Below are positions 17,644 to 18,141 of a stretch of 18,141 nt of DNA, piece after piece. Both the position numbers and the translations under genes were made by a program. Positions within the stretch are counted from its first letter, which is position 1. Each line of letters begins with the position of its first letter. This stretch comes from Patescibacteria group bacterium (GTDB lineage Bacteria; Patescibacteriota; Patescibacteriia; Patescibacteriales; GWC2-42-12): NCBI GenBank assembly GCA_028703305.1, contig JAQVNC010000015.1:1-18141 (forward strand), read 5' to 3'. Below the pieces are notes generated by a model. That model saw only the letters and a program-made list of their open reading frames with translations, did not search any database and was not told the DNA's origin.

Positions 17644-18141
17644 ATGGATAACCAGCCAATAAAAAATTTTATCAGTTTTAGCTCTAAATCAATTTGGGCC
17701 TCGGTAATTATTTATCTGCTAATAGTTATCGTAATAATTATCGGCAGTTATTATTTCGGCTATAATCAAGGCTTAGCCAAGGGCGCCGAAAAAGGGCGGG
17801 CGCAAACCAGCCAAGAAATGCAAAATAAACTAAGCCAGTCGCCCATGGTTCAAGCCGATCAAAACAAAATTTTAAGAATTTCCGGAGAAATTTTAAATAA
17901 ATCCGAGGCTTCGGCCGCGCCCCAATTTTTAACGGTCAGCGCGGCTAATCTAAACCGCAACCCTTTAAGCGCGCCCACGCCGGCCCAAAGAAAAATCTTA
18001 ATTAGCGCCGATACTAAAATCATTAAAAAAATTCGCAAGCCGTCTGATCAAATCGCCAAAGAAAGATACCAATACGCCGAGGAGTTTAAAAAAAATCCTA
18101 ACGCAACCATGCCCGAGACTACGATAGATTCGCCGATTGCT
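17644..18141 (+). CDS. 5' part of a single-pass membrane-anchored hypothetical protein (runs off the right edge)
   Basis: My own translation from the ATG at 17644 is open for all 166 codons to the window end: MDNQPIKNFISFSSKSIWASVIIYLLIVIVIIIGSYYFGY.... It has one clear TM helix. It is absent from the ORF track, presumably because it has no stop codon. Confidence 0.55.
   Translation, partial: MDNQPIKNFISFSSKSIWASVIIYLLIVIVIIIGSYYFGYNQGLAKGAEKGRAQTSQEMQNKLSQSPMVQADQNKILRISGEILNKSEASAAPQFLTVSAANLNRNPLSAPTPAQRKILISADTKIIKKIRKPSDQIAKERYQYAEEFKKNPNATMPETTIDSPIA

Overview
Compact bacterial window. Every gene except the two edge fragments lies on the minus strand, mostly with 1-40 nt spacers. The gene content suggests a small streamlined genome, possibly Patescibacteria/CPR-like; this is inference only, since no search was possible. 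All calls come from motifs I could read in the translations and from repeats or hairpins I checked base by base. Gene order in the direction of transcription (high to low coordinates): (1) a secreted 545-aa protein with eight aromatic repeats, an Fn3-like/Cys-rich domain and a PKD-like domain; (2) four prepilin-type (class III signal) pseudopilin genes in FimT/GspH-, PilV/GspI-, PilW/GspJ-, PilX/GspK-like order; (3) a small Cys-rich secreted protein; (4) ligA; (5) an AT-rich GxxExxY (PD-(D/E)XK) ORF bracketed by a bipartite inverted repeat; (6) gatC and gatA; (7) a DsbA-like oxidoreductase; (8) maf; (9) tRNA-Ser(GGA); (10) a P2-type cation ATPase; (11) a ZIP metal transporter. After a terminator and a sigma70-like promoter comes an unknown ORF-dnaG-rpoD operon. 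The best candidate for something undescribed is the 13052-17545 block. It looks like a minor-pilin priming/tip cassette with lineage-specific cargo (a novel repeat protein and Cys-rich modules) and no pilus assembly genes in cis. Second is the inverted-repeat-flanked GxxExxY cassette wedged between ligA and gatC. I saw no CRISPR array, transposase, integrase or rRNA.
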